The notes under the pieces were generated by a model. The model saw nothing but the letters and a program-made list of their open reading frames with translations. It was not told where the DNA came from and ran no database searches. The position numbers and the translations under genes were made by a program. 64,000 nt of DNA from Marsupella aquatica. Taxonomy: Eukaryota > Plantae > Marchantiophyta. The stretch spans positions 2,049,223 through 2,113,222 of the forward strand of contig OZ316892.1 of NCBI GenBank assembly GCA_973895155.1, in the 5' to 3' direction. This document shows positions 36,781 to 49,020 of this stretch, piece by piece. Every line of letters starts with the position of its first letter. The stretch's first letter is position 1.

Positions 36781-39700
36781 ATGGAGGAACTCAACGCCAT
36801 GTTGGACGACTTAGCTGAGAGGGTTTCCGAACACTCAGACTTCTCTGTTGCTAATGATGACGACATAGTCAACAATAACAACACCCACCTCAACAACAAC
36901 CAGACGGGCAACGATCATGAGAAATCCAAACGCCAGGAACCCGATTCTGGAGCCCAAGACACCAACCAGGGCTTCAAAGTGTACTCAGGATATGGGGGGG
37001 ACTACAATCCCGGCAGCAACGAGACAAAGAGGCCGTCCCCTGTCCCAGGGACGGTGCAGTCATGGCCTGAAGCATCAGCAACGTGGACATCTGCGACGGC
37101 AACACCAACGACAGGCACAGAGACGGCGGTGGCGATGGCGACATTGAAGCCAGTAAAGGACGTCTGGGCGTCGACGGCAAGGACACCTTTGGCAACTCCG
37201 AGAGATGGGGTACACTGTGGGAGAAAGCACAAGTGGGACACCACACATTGGGGGCCAGGAAAGGGTTGGAACATCTCCACTCTGCCAGTGTATAGAAGTC
37301 CTTCTAGCCCATGCAACCGCCTCTTCAGCGCCATCAAAGAAACTCGCCCAGGTGAGATGTCTTGTTCAGTTGTCTCTCTTCATAACATGACAGATAGATG
37401 ATGTGTGAGAAAACAGGAGATGGAAACCCAGGAAAGAGATCCAATATCTATCACCTCAGATGAGAATTCGAGAGATCGAAACCATCAAGAGACGAAAGAA
37501 AGAACGGGCATGTATTACCTCAAATGAGTGTACAAGAGAAGTAAACAACTAGTATGTTTACTGACATTTGATTCGAGATCCACTTTCAAGGTTTACTCTG
37601 GTCCTGTTTGGACTCTTCACTTTCTTTGTTAGCCTCGTTTGGTCCCTCGCTGAGGGAAGAAGGGAGGAACTAGGCCCTAGAAAGACTAAGCAAACGCCAA
37701 TTTCGTACTGCTATAAAAGTCTAAAAGGAAGAATAGTTGGAGCACATCGAAGAACAAAGTACATAAGAGGAATGAAATGGACTCTACTAGGACCCTGCTT
37801 TGCTAATGCAACAGCCTCTCAGGTTCATCGACGCAATTTGCCAGCTTGTCCATGGCATTACAGACAACTCTGACAACTGCAAAATCTTAGCTGAAAAGAG
37901 GATGTAGAAGTTAGTTTTAGATGGAAATATACTATAATCAAGCGCGTCCTAACAGAAGTGCAACAATCCCAATGCAGGGAGAGACAAACCAAAAGCCAAA
38001 GGAACGCAAGGCAGTGGGGATGAAAACGACCAAGCAAGCACTGCAGCAGAGAACAGCTACTTTTAGATCCATGCTGATGAATCAGCTGACTTTAACGGCT
38101 TGCTATAATTATCAGCAATGAAAGTTCATCAATGGCCCTTAACCAACTGTAGATCAAACGAACTTCAGATCCATCAACTTACAAAGCTTACTTAGTGAAG
38201 TTTGTCGATGTTGTTCACCGATTATGGCTCTCAGCCAGTTTTGAATTAAGTTTTTCGGATCAAGTTTGGATCAATGAATTCATCCAGTTAATGGATTAAA
38301 GACACGACGAACAATCCTGTCAGCAAGTTATAAGAAACGCACCGCAATAGCATCTTCGTCGCTCCTGCCCAATTGAATGACCCGTAGATCAACGTTCGAT
38401 GCAGCAATTTACTCAGACAAAGACGAGTGAAGAGTGCTGGGTGTCTGAAAACATACTACTCCGAATAGTTTTATAATTGGAAAGTGATTATGAATGAGTA
38501 AACTCTACAGCAATCAGAATGGTCTGTGATATATAACACAGTTCCGATCAATGGGGCAACTGTGCATTTGTATACTCCCAGTTTGCTTTCCATCTTTCAC
38601 TTAATTTTAGACCTGCAGTGGATTCCCTGCCAGGTGCTTTCTGCATTCTTCAATCTTCATTCTGAATGAGACAGTTTCCCCGCTGATGATTCGTTAAAAA
38701 AACTGCATCATTCTGAATTAATAAACATTTGTTCATTGATGATAGTCTTCTACATAAAAACCGAAAATCACTGTCTGGATGATTTAAGTACAGCCCATTG
38801 ACAATTTATTATACGTTAAGATTATCCTGAGTGCATTCTATGTCTAAATTTCCCCCATTGATGATGAGGCACTACAGATCACTCTAAATAATCTTCAACC
38901 TTCCCAACAGGTAGAGAGCCCAAAGAACTGCTGGAGTGGCTCACTTACACACCACGGCCGACTTCACGAAATACGCCAGCTCATTCCTGGCTGAGTGTGG
39001 AGGGCTGGAACTCGTCCACCTCTCTGTCAGCACCACCGACACCCAGGAAGAAACCTCCCAGCGGCGGTACCCAAACTTCTTCACTGGACGGCAGATCCTC
39101 AGGCCGAAGACAATGGCATCATCAGCAGCAAAATGTGGAGCAAGCCTTCACGCCATCCAAAAATGTGAGACCCGAGTAAACAACCAAACAAAATCTGTCT
39201 CAAAAAGAAGCTCACAATTTGGTAAGATCTCGTCGGTATTGCAGACACCTCACTGAGTAGGGAAAACTATTTGGGATAATCATCAACGGACGAATCTCCT
39301 GCACAAAGCATGAACTCCGTTGGATGCAAAAACTAGCCATCCCCATTTACGAGACGAATGATTGTATGCGGCCCTTAATCTGTTTCTTTCCTCAAGATCG
39401 AATATCCTTTCTTTTTTGTTTAATTATCCGTTGAATTATTCTTAAACTTAGACATGTAAGTACCACAGAGTCCACACGAAAGATCCATCCCTTTCAACGA
39501 GCGAGCAATTTATATAATTAGGTTAAATGCAGTTTGTATCAATCTTTAGAAAGGGATGAAGTAATACCAGTCATATCTATTAAAGTCTACTAGGTTCTGT
39601 CATCATAGCCTTCGGGCATAGCTTTGTCAGTTCATGCCTCCGTCAGAATACGTAAAACACTAGATTCTGTTGACGACTCCAGTTTCAATTTGAACTGTTT

Positions 39701-40263
39701 CCGGTGAGCATTTGGGATACATGTCCACAAAAAGCGTTCAAAAATGCAGTCAGCATTATGTTACTAATTGGGTGTAGTGGCTCAACAAAGAGGTCCTCCT
39801 GAGCTGCTTAGAGTCAAGAAAATTGGGCTTACATTTGTGAGACGCAGCAAATCTGTCTACTGACTTCATGTGACATTTCTATAATGGCAAATAGGCTGAA
39901 AGTACCAGCAAAGGAAGCAACGGCCAGCAGCAGCCTGGATCCAAACTTTCCAAAGCGATGAAGGAATGGAAACTCTCCACGAGGCCGCAATGGAAGAACA
40001 CCGTCAAATGGAACCAGTTTGAGAACATAACGGAGATTGGAAGGCCACCGCGAGTGAACAACAGCTACACAGCCGTGAAGGCTCTATACATGAAGCCCTC
40101 GCATAAGTACTTGCAGCTGAAAAAAGAGAGGGAATTGGAGGCCCAACACCGAGATAATCTCCGAGAGCTCGATATGAAATACTACTATGTCTACCGTGAC
40201 AGAAGAGCAAAATCGGCTAAACAGAAAAGTTTTCTCGAAGAGATTGGTCGGGTAGTCAGCTAG
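36781..40263 (+). CDS. hypothetical protein, predicted 3 exons (36781-37351, 38911-39164, 39895-40263)
   Basis: Open exons join in phase through GTGAG donors and AG acceptors; repeated W-x-x-(x)-S/T motifs; basic helical C-terminus. No family recognised. Confidence 0.55.
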
Positions 40264-43200
40264 GCTTCATCGATCATGATCTGGGGACAACCATAACTCA
40301 TTCTCTGGGAGGATCTTCATGAACTGGTTTTAGCCTGCATCGAAGAGGTGGGTGCAAACTTAATCTAAACGATACCTGAGCACTCCCAAAGAAGTCCAGG
40401 CTTTGTACTTAACAGCCATCTGCAGAGCAGAAATAGGTTCCCACTCAAGACATGGAGGGTCTGATATGAAGCGCGACCTTTCTGTGTAACTTCAGTGATT
40501 TCATACGATTCATACGAAAGAATTCAGTGTGCAACTTATTGGTGGAACTTATTGGTGGAATTAATGAATGAATTCTCAAGGAATGACATCCCTGCTTTTT
40601 CAGTAGAGATGGATTGAAGTGAGAATTGTATCTATGTCTTAGTGGTTTAATGGACCTACTAATTCAGAGTTACCAGTCCTCTATAATAGCCTTCATTGAG
40701 TACCGTTTTGGTCTACTTTTACAGTAAAGCTGACACTTCCTGCTGTTGGTTTCATATTTTTGGTTAATGCGTGCCTTATAGCAAGCTAAGAGTGTGAGGA
40801 TCTACGAGGCTTTACTTTTCCCTTTTCTTGGGAGGAGCTGGTTGGGGGTTGGGGGCGGTGTGGAAAGATTGTGTGGGCCTGATGTGAGTTTGGTCACAGC
40901 CTTCTTTTCCACTTATGAAACGCATATCAAACGCATGTCAAACCCATATCTCCTAATAAAGCGCATTTAAAAGTTACTCCTTGGGTCTCCGTCTAGAGTG
41001 AAGTCTCTATAGACTCTAACTGAGGGCATAAGTGAAAGTGAAGATGACTATATATGCAGATGGTGCAAAGATGAATTATAGTAAATAGCATAAAATTCCA
41101 CCATTTTATGCAAGTTTTTTTTTTCTCTACATCTCTGTTTACGTGGTAATCAGGCTAGTTACATTCACCCAACAGGAGAGGGTTAGGAACAGAACCCCCA
41201 TCTTCAGATGCAAGATCAGAACCCTGGAGCAAGAGAACTCTGGTAGTTCCCTGAATGAACACTTGGGGGAATGAATATGAGAAGTATGAACTTGAGCACT
41301 GTTTGTTGGAGTCAGAAATGAACTTGAGACTCGCTCATTACAAGTCACCACTGTGGCAATTGTACATCTCAATCAAGTTGAGGTGTGACTTCTGAATTCC
41401 ATGTTTGATTAAACTATCCCCAGTATTTTCAACCCGTCACTCACCTGACAATTACAATTCATGATGCCAATCGCCACGAGGTCCACTCTTGACAAGTAAA
41501 TGATGGTCACGTTGAAGTACTCAAAAGAAATTATTACACTGCTGATTCATGAAATCCAGCTCGAGGCCAGGGGATAAGATCTTGATGTCCTTGTCCCGGT
41601 CCTTGTTTCCTGACGGTGATCCGTCATTTTCTGATCACAGCGAATGCTACCTAGTTTCTCGTTCTAAATATTGGATCATATTTCAATCTATGAATAGCTC
41701 TGTCACAGAAACGTAAGGGTGGTCCCGCAGACGACATGCCAATGAGAGCAGAATGGAGCTAGCTGCATCGATCAATTATGGGGGATGGCTGTCACTTGAA
41801 ACAAGGACGGAGACCGGGAGAAACCCACCGCCTGAGTCAGACGCTGAAAGATCTTTTTGACGAAATCGAGAAGGCACAAAATTAACATGCAGCCGGCCAT
41901 TAATTTTCATTGTGGGAGGACCGTAAACTCTGAACTAGTATCACCATCAGAAGATTTAGTTGGTCATTGTTATTCGACTCCCGATTCGAGTTCAATCAAA
42001 CATGCTTGTTGTCAGTGTGATGGACATCGCATGATCAATCTGTAAGCTTCAATCTGCGTTTCGTAAATCAATAATGAGGTCGGGTAGGAAGCACTGTACA
42101 GCTTGATCGCATTTCATATCAAGGAAATTAATTAAGACTTTGAGGGCCCTCTTAATTGGTGCTGGAGAGAAGGATAGACATACACGGAGCTTCCATTTCA
42201 GTACTGAAAGTAATTTAATCTACTGTCCCAATTCAATTCAATTCCGGACAGATCTTAGCTACTCTAGCTGGAACTACGGTGCTTCGCTCATGATGCGTTA
42301 GTATTCAGAGAGCGCAATACGACTTTCCAAATCACTCTAGGGCCAGAGTCTACGAGCAGTGATTTCCATGTTTGTACATTCAACAACTAAGGGCAATTAG
42401 TTGATCCATAACGAATTGGAAAATATGTTTCGCAACTCCAGTTGAAGCCTTCTTCCGCACCTATGAATCCAACAGTACGTTGAATACTTTGCGTTGTACA
42501 TTGCATCTTAACCACACAAGAATCTAAGTCAGAATGTTGAATATCGATACTAATATCGCTCTAGCCAGTAGATATTGTACGTACTCGAAATGATTGGAAG
42601 TGAGCATACAAGTAGATAAGACATTTTCTAGCTAGTGACTGCAAGTGATCAATATTAGGTGTGCGATTGATCAGATCTGATTCTAAAATGAACGTGAGTT
42701 GAGCTATCTCTGTCAAATATGCCTTACGTTCACTGAATGTGCTGGAGTCGAAATCTGCACAGATTTCATGAGCTCACTTTAATGATGACCAGTGATTTCA
42801 ACGTAAACTCATTCTGTACTCAAGACTTAATTGACGCCATTTCGATCGAGTTGAATCGAGCACCATATATATGCAACAAGGTCTCCGTGACGTCTCCCAT
42901 GTTGCCAGCATCCGAAAGTGGGACCGGATTTGTATTTCAAACCTCGAGGATGCTTTAGAATGGTCTTCGTAGTGCTCACGTGCCCTACCAAAAGTCAGTG
43001 TGGATCAAGGTACGTGGAGAAGATCGACGAAGAAGATCGTAAGATAAACCAGAGTTGGCTGCAAATTGGCCGACATGCTCTCTGTTCAACAACCTGGAGT
43101 GGGCTGCAAAATCAAGGGCCGGCATTCTTCCTATTCTTCAAGAAGCATTTCCCAGACAAGCAACTGCAAACCAATCATCGTCATCGATATTGCCAGGCCT

Positions 43201-45748
43201 TTGAAATCACTGAAAAAAATGCAATGTATGTATCTCGGTATGTATACTCCAAACACAACTACCCTTTTCAGGATTCTCCACTCGACTGGAATGATAAATG
43301 TGAGGAAGACGATAAGATTGAGAAGTAAGATGCAAGAAGAATGTAAGTCGACGGCCATCTGAGAACTGGTATTCAAGCCTTACTGGTATGCACCAGGTTG
43401 TCCGAGAAATTAAAGAGCTATCGATGAAGAATGAGTAGCAAATTGAATGGATTTGGCCCCATCAATTACGAGGCATGTAATGATTCCAGATGCAAACTAA
43501 AATGTACATATAAACAAACCACACAATGGTTCCAGCGACCGTCGACCGGGCCATCGACTCCCAGGGAAGCCTTTGGATAAAATAGACAAACGACAAGGCG
43601 AACAGAAAACTGAAAAGATCGTCAAAAGGAAACTCTGCTACGGCCATCAGAGGAGCCCGATATATATATTTTGAGTTCGGAGATGGTCTTTCCTACGAGC
43701 TTGCCTAGACTTTGTATAGATCTATGAACTAGTAGATCGATCGAGCAATCTGCTCAATAGTGACGTTGTGGATGATCGATGTATGAATCGAACAGCGGCG
43801 TGTAGGTCTCTTCGCGTTCCATCTTTCCGAAACTGCTCCAGATTATGTCCGTTCCATTTTGAAGTCTTTGGAAGTCTTCAGTGTCATTTTGACCTTCTAC
43901 ACGTAACATTGAGGTACGTGGAATTGAAGGTGGTCGTAATTTCCTAGGATATAGATTGATTGGAAGATCACTTGAACACAGACTAGTCTGCTCGAACAAT
44001 GAAGATCTCGATGGTATGTAAAACGAACAGTTGCATGGAGATCTTTTCATGTTCTACCTTCCCCTCCCTACTTCTTATCACGTCCGACATGTTGGTTCCA
44101 CTTCTAGTTGTTTGCAGGCAGAAAGATTATTTTACTCTACCTAGCTAGCTTGAACGTAGACGGATCAGTTCCTTGCGACAAATTAAATTCGTGAATGATC
44201 CAACTCAGCAAACAACGTTTCAATCTCCAGTTGATCGATCTCTACATGAGGACAATCAACTCGTTCTTCTAGATCTTTCAATGCCCAAAATTGTATAATA
44301 TTGATACCTCGATCTGCTTCCCGTTCTGGTTTCGCCATGGAAACCGGGATGGAAGCAAAGAGCGTGATATATATCGAAGATGATGTTTTCACGGGGGAGG
44401 TGGAGGTCCCCGTGCATTTCCTCTCCCAAGTTTTCTTTCCTAGTATAATTTCAATCAGTTACATGTCCTGTGGGGCTATCCATTCCCCTCAGACACATAC
44501 TAGCTAGCGTTTTCATCATATCAGCAGGATTTGAGTGATAGCGGGTTTCAATTGTACGGACGGATTTGAGATCAAAAGGCTTGGCCTGAAGTCCTCTCGG
44601 GCCTCAATTGCGACTAACGTACGTTACGAAAGTGAGAGGTGTCGTCCTTGACCAAAGTATCAAATCTGGTACGTGGATCTAGTACTCCGAGAGCTCCTAG
44701 TTCTTTCAATCGACATAAGATCGAGGATGGCTGTTCAATTATACTTAATTATACGGGATCAACTGAATAGATAGATTCCAATCTCGGAGAATCAATGAGA
44801 CGTGTGTGAAGCCGATCTCCCTGGTACGTGCTCTCGCTAAGACTTAATCCGTGCAACACGCTCTCTGATTCGCTCAAGTGGTTCCTTGATTTCTCCGATA
44901 AAGCTGGAATTGCACCCAAGCGTTCATTTGTGCTCGATCATGTCACTGCTCTGTCCTCGGGTCGTAGCCGAGCTTGCTTGCTGGCAATCATCTCCGAGCA
45001 TCCTGGATGAATCCTGGCCCTGCTTTTTGTGCTCTTCTCAGTCGCCCCTTCTTGCATGCCCCTTCACGCTTTTCATCCAGTGCTACGGTAGTACTGGCAG
45101 CTTACTGCTATATAGCTAGGGACAGGGGATCGTCAGTCAGACCTTTCTGGAACTTAGATCAAAGATCTTTCACCATGGTGTGGTGAATTGTGGTGACCAA
45201 TAGAGGCTAACATGACAACTCTAAAACCTCAGGTTGATTTTTGTCAATGCTACTTCTGATATACATCTCGTCTGAGCAGTTGGTATGGACGATTCTTCTA
45301 ATGTAGCGAGATGGTGAATGCACACGTTAGACATAAATGTACCTGCCCCACACATTACTACCGTAACCTGACGAAGCTTATGGTCTCGTGATGTAGATCA
45401 GAAAACCTGGTGATCCTTTCAAGGAACGGCGCATCTCTCAATTCGATCCCTGTTGCTGTTTTCCTAATGTTCAGGTCATGTCATCACCATTTGACCACAC
45501 ACGTTGAATCTTAGAGGTCCCTGTTGACTTGAATATAGTTAGCGAAGATTGACATATCATACATTAGAATTATAGTGGACCGATCAGCCTATCGACATGC
45601 ACGTACTAGAATTGACTTCAGTAATCGATCACAATGCGTGATTAAAACAGGACACTGTCACATACGTACGCTGTCTTGATTCTTTATGTACAGTACTCGT
45701 CCGCCTACAGTTGGGAGCGACCCTGCGATTCTCATCGATCGTGAATAA

Positions 45749-45937
45749 ACTGAAGATATTTGAGGTAACCATAAACGTACTGTCGCCAGAGATATGTTCG
45801 AGCCAGATAAAGTACAACTACTACGACTCAAGACTGACACTGAAGATATTTGAGGTAACCATAAACTTGTTGTCGTCGTCAGAGATATGTTCGAGCCACA
45901 TAAAGTACAACTACTAACAACTCAAGACTCAAGACTG
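45749..45937 (+). repeat. ~90-bp tandem duplication
   Basis: actgaagatatttgaggtaaccataaac...cagagatatgttcgagcca.ataaagtacaactact...actcaagact occurs twice. Confidence 0.85.
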
Positions 45938-48679
45938 CTCGACTGAAGATGCTTATCGTACATTCTACTATGGGTATGAAGGATCGATCGACACAGCCCA
46001 GCCAAGATCAGCACATGCACATGCGAAATTTTGGCGGGGTCTGAGGTCGAATCACGAACCACAATCTGAGCGAAATAATAAGGCGCTACTTATGTATGAT
46101 CGAATGAGTTCGATTCAGTTGTGTATTACCCATACAATGCAAGGTACAGCGATAGACATCGACAACGAAGCACAATCTAAGCCAGACGATAAGGCGCGGA
46201 TGATGTTTGAACGAGTTCGATTCACTTGCATTGTTCGACATACATACAATGAAAGGAACATTGACAGACATCGAGATCGAGAGGTGATACCAGTTGTGCA
46301 AACACTCGGTTGCCCCAGATCGACCCGTATACACATTTAATGGCCAGGACTTCACGACTTGTGCCCAGTCTTTTCAGTGTACAGCGAGTTGCGACGACGA
46401 TTGCATAGTCTTGCTCCAGGACTCTTGCGCAGTGAGCAAGCGTTGCTCAGGTGGAACGTGCGTGGTTGGCCGTTGCAGCAGAACTGGCTCACACGGTCTC
46501 CGAAATCTCAGGTGAACTATTCTGTTGTTACTAACGTTCGATAGAAATTAGCGTGACAGTTTCTTGCTCAGTTACCAAGATAGAGCAGATATACTAATTG
46601 ATTAATTCAGGTCGTGTTGTATGGATTACTTTCTCTAGCCGTAAAGGAACAGATCGACAATGGTGGTTTCTTGGCAACTTGACCTCTGTCGACCATGAGT
46701 CTGTGATTATTTGTGACATATGAAGTCCTTCAATCTGTCTTGTGATTTGTGATTAACGACAGAACTGACTTGTGACTTCTCGACTTGACTATGTATTGAC
46801 TAGCTATCTTGTATCGTCTGAGTCAGATACGCCCGTGAGAGCGAACTGATTGACTAGAATTGTGAATAACTTACTTACAGACTCTAGTATAGACTCGATT
46901 AGTTCTCATATTACCAGGCCTCGACGTAATTAATGGATGTTAAGTCTCGTGTCTCTGTGCCTCTCCTCGACCGCTCTCACACATGCACAAAGGGAATTCC
47001 TCTCCGTCTCTCTCGTGCGCACGTACGTAGAGGGTTCTTTCTATGATCTGGTCTGATAACTCGTCAATGTTCCAATTAATAACCTGCAGAAAGGTGGCTT
47101 CGTGACAATTTCCGACGACACAGCGATCTAAGAATCCGAGGAAGCAGCTATTGAGAGGCGTGTTGGTGGAAGCCAAAAGGGCAGTGAGGAGATCAAAATA
47201 GTGAGGTAAATAGGCGTTGTTCACGAGGATGGCCGGGTGGAAAATGGATATTCTGAGGTGGTCGAGGCGTCTAGGGAGGATGCTCCCTCCGCTCGTCATG
47301 ACTCTCATAACTTTGTGGATTCTAGATTCTTTGCTCCTACCGCTACCCCCGGGAATGAAGGTTAATCCCGTCCGGATCGAGATTACTCCTTCAAAATTAG
47401 CTTGCCTAGCTGTGTTGCTAATTAGCTTTGGATGGTACGAGCTCGCGATACTGCGGCGAGAACGCAGGCCCGCGAACTGAATCACAGAAGGCTGCATGCA
47501 AATTGGTCGAAGGAAGCAATTCGTTGCTGCCGCAACTGCCTTTTGCCATACCAAGATCAGATGTCGCTTTTACAGCTGCTTGCGTTCGGTGCGTTCGGTG
47601 CGCTCGATGCTCGCCCTTAGTTGACGGTACAGGTGATAAGAACTTCGTCAGACGTAGCCGCAATGCAGAGGCAGACCAAGATTGCTCTCACCAGTAAGTT
47701 GGTGTTAATGGCATTTCCGCTCGTATACTTCGAAATTAGAAGTCGCAGTGGTTTAGCGTGCGGAGACAAGCTGTATAGTAGCTAGCTGTCAAAGCAACGA
47801 TAGCGCATTTTAATTTTGCTTTTCGAATCCAAGTGCTTAGCGAATGTCTCAAGTTTAGCACCAATCTCTATTGCTTTGGTCGTTCTCGGGCAATAAACTC
47901 TTGTGAAGCTCATTCACGTACTTTGCACCATTTCCGCAGTTGATTGTTGCAGATCCAGTGATTGATTCAGACTCTTCCTATCAGTTCATGCAATGCATTC
48001 TCAACGCCCGCTGCTCTCTCAAACGTCAAGATTAGTGTAGAGCATTTGGTAGCCATCATGCAAGTATAGTTGTACAGCTCAATTACATGCACGAACGGTG
48101 CCAGTGCTTCCGACATGGATATGACCTCAAAAGCTCGCCGTATAGTCCATGTAACACACGGGCCCTGCTGCAATCGTCAGGGACAGAGTTGCTAGTATGA
48201 TCGGATTACAACTTTTTAAGTCAAGGAGCTCCTTGAGTCGTCCTTGCCAGACCAGCACGTACTCGTCTGTGAGCTCCCGTAATTCGACCACCTTGCAGCA
48301 CACATTTTCAATCGAATTGCAATCCATTAAGTTGAAGGTTCATTCGACTTGATCGAGTAAGAACTGACCTGGCTGGCACGTTGTCGATGATCTCGGAGGC
48401 TCATCATGGTCGAGGAAGAACGATCACGAGTCCTTAGATGTGCTCCATGCTCGCGATTCGGGTCGAAGCTCAATACAGAGCAATTGGAAAGGACATAACC
48501 TCTACTCGGTGCAAACAATCAGCATGGAAAACTAGTGTACTCTGAGGTCTCACGAGCACATCTGCCCTTGCAAAGATCAGGACAGGAGGCAGTATGATGA
48601 CTGATGCTACTTTGCCAGAAGTGAATCCTCTCGCCGAATGCCACACATTTGTACAAAACTAACTACTCGAACGGTGGCC

Positions 48680-49020
48680 AATTAACCCCATACAAAATCC
48701 CCTGGGCCACATATCACAGTGCAAAAGGACAAAAACGCCAAAAACGCCAAACTGATTAACCCCATACAAATTCAACCTCTGGGCTATATATGAGAGTGCA
48801 AAAGGACAAAAATGCCAAGCAAAGCAACCCAAATCAAGAGGAGTGAAAAGAAAAGAAACGGGGACAGAGACAGGGTCCCCAACTAAGGCAAAGGAACCCA
48901 AGAAAGGTAGGAATTGAAAAGGTAAGGGAAAAAACCCCAGAAGACCAAAGAGGTCCCAGGTCCAACAAGCCCCGGAGTCCCCCACAACCAAAAAGGAACC
49001 CAAAAAAACCAAACATTTAG
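48680..49020 (-). mobile_element. short relic similar to the 3' tail of the non-LTR element at 52.4-53.2 kb
   Basis: Shared blocks gagtgcaaaag.acaaaaa, gagacagggtccc, aagacc.aagag and gtcccccacaaccaaaa also occur at 52384-52550. Confidence 0.6.
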
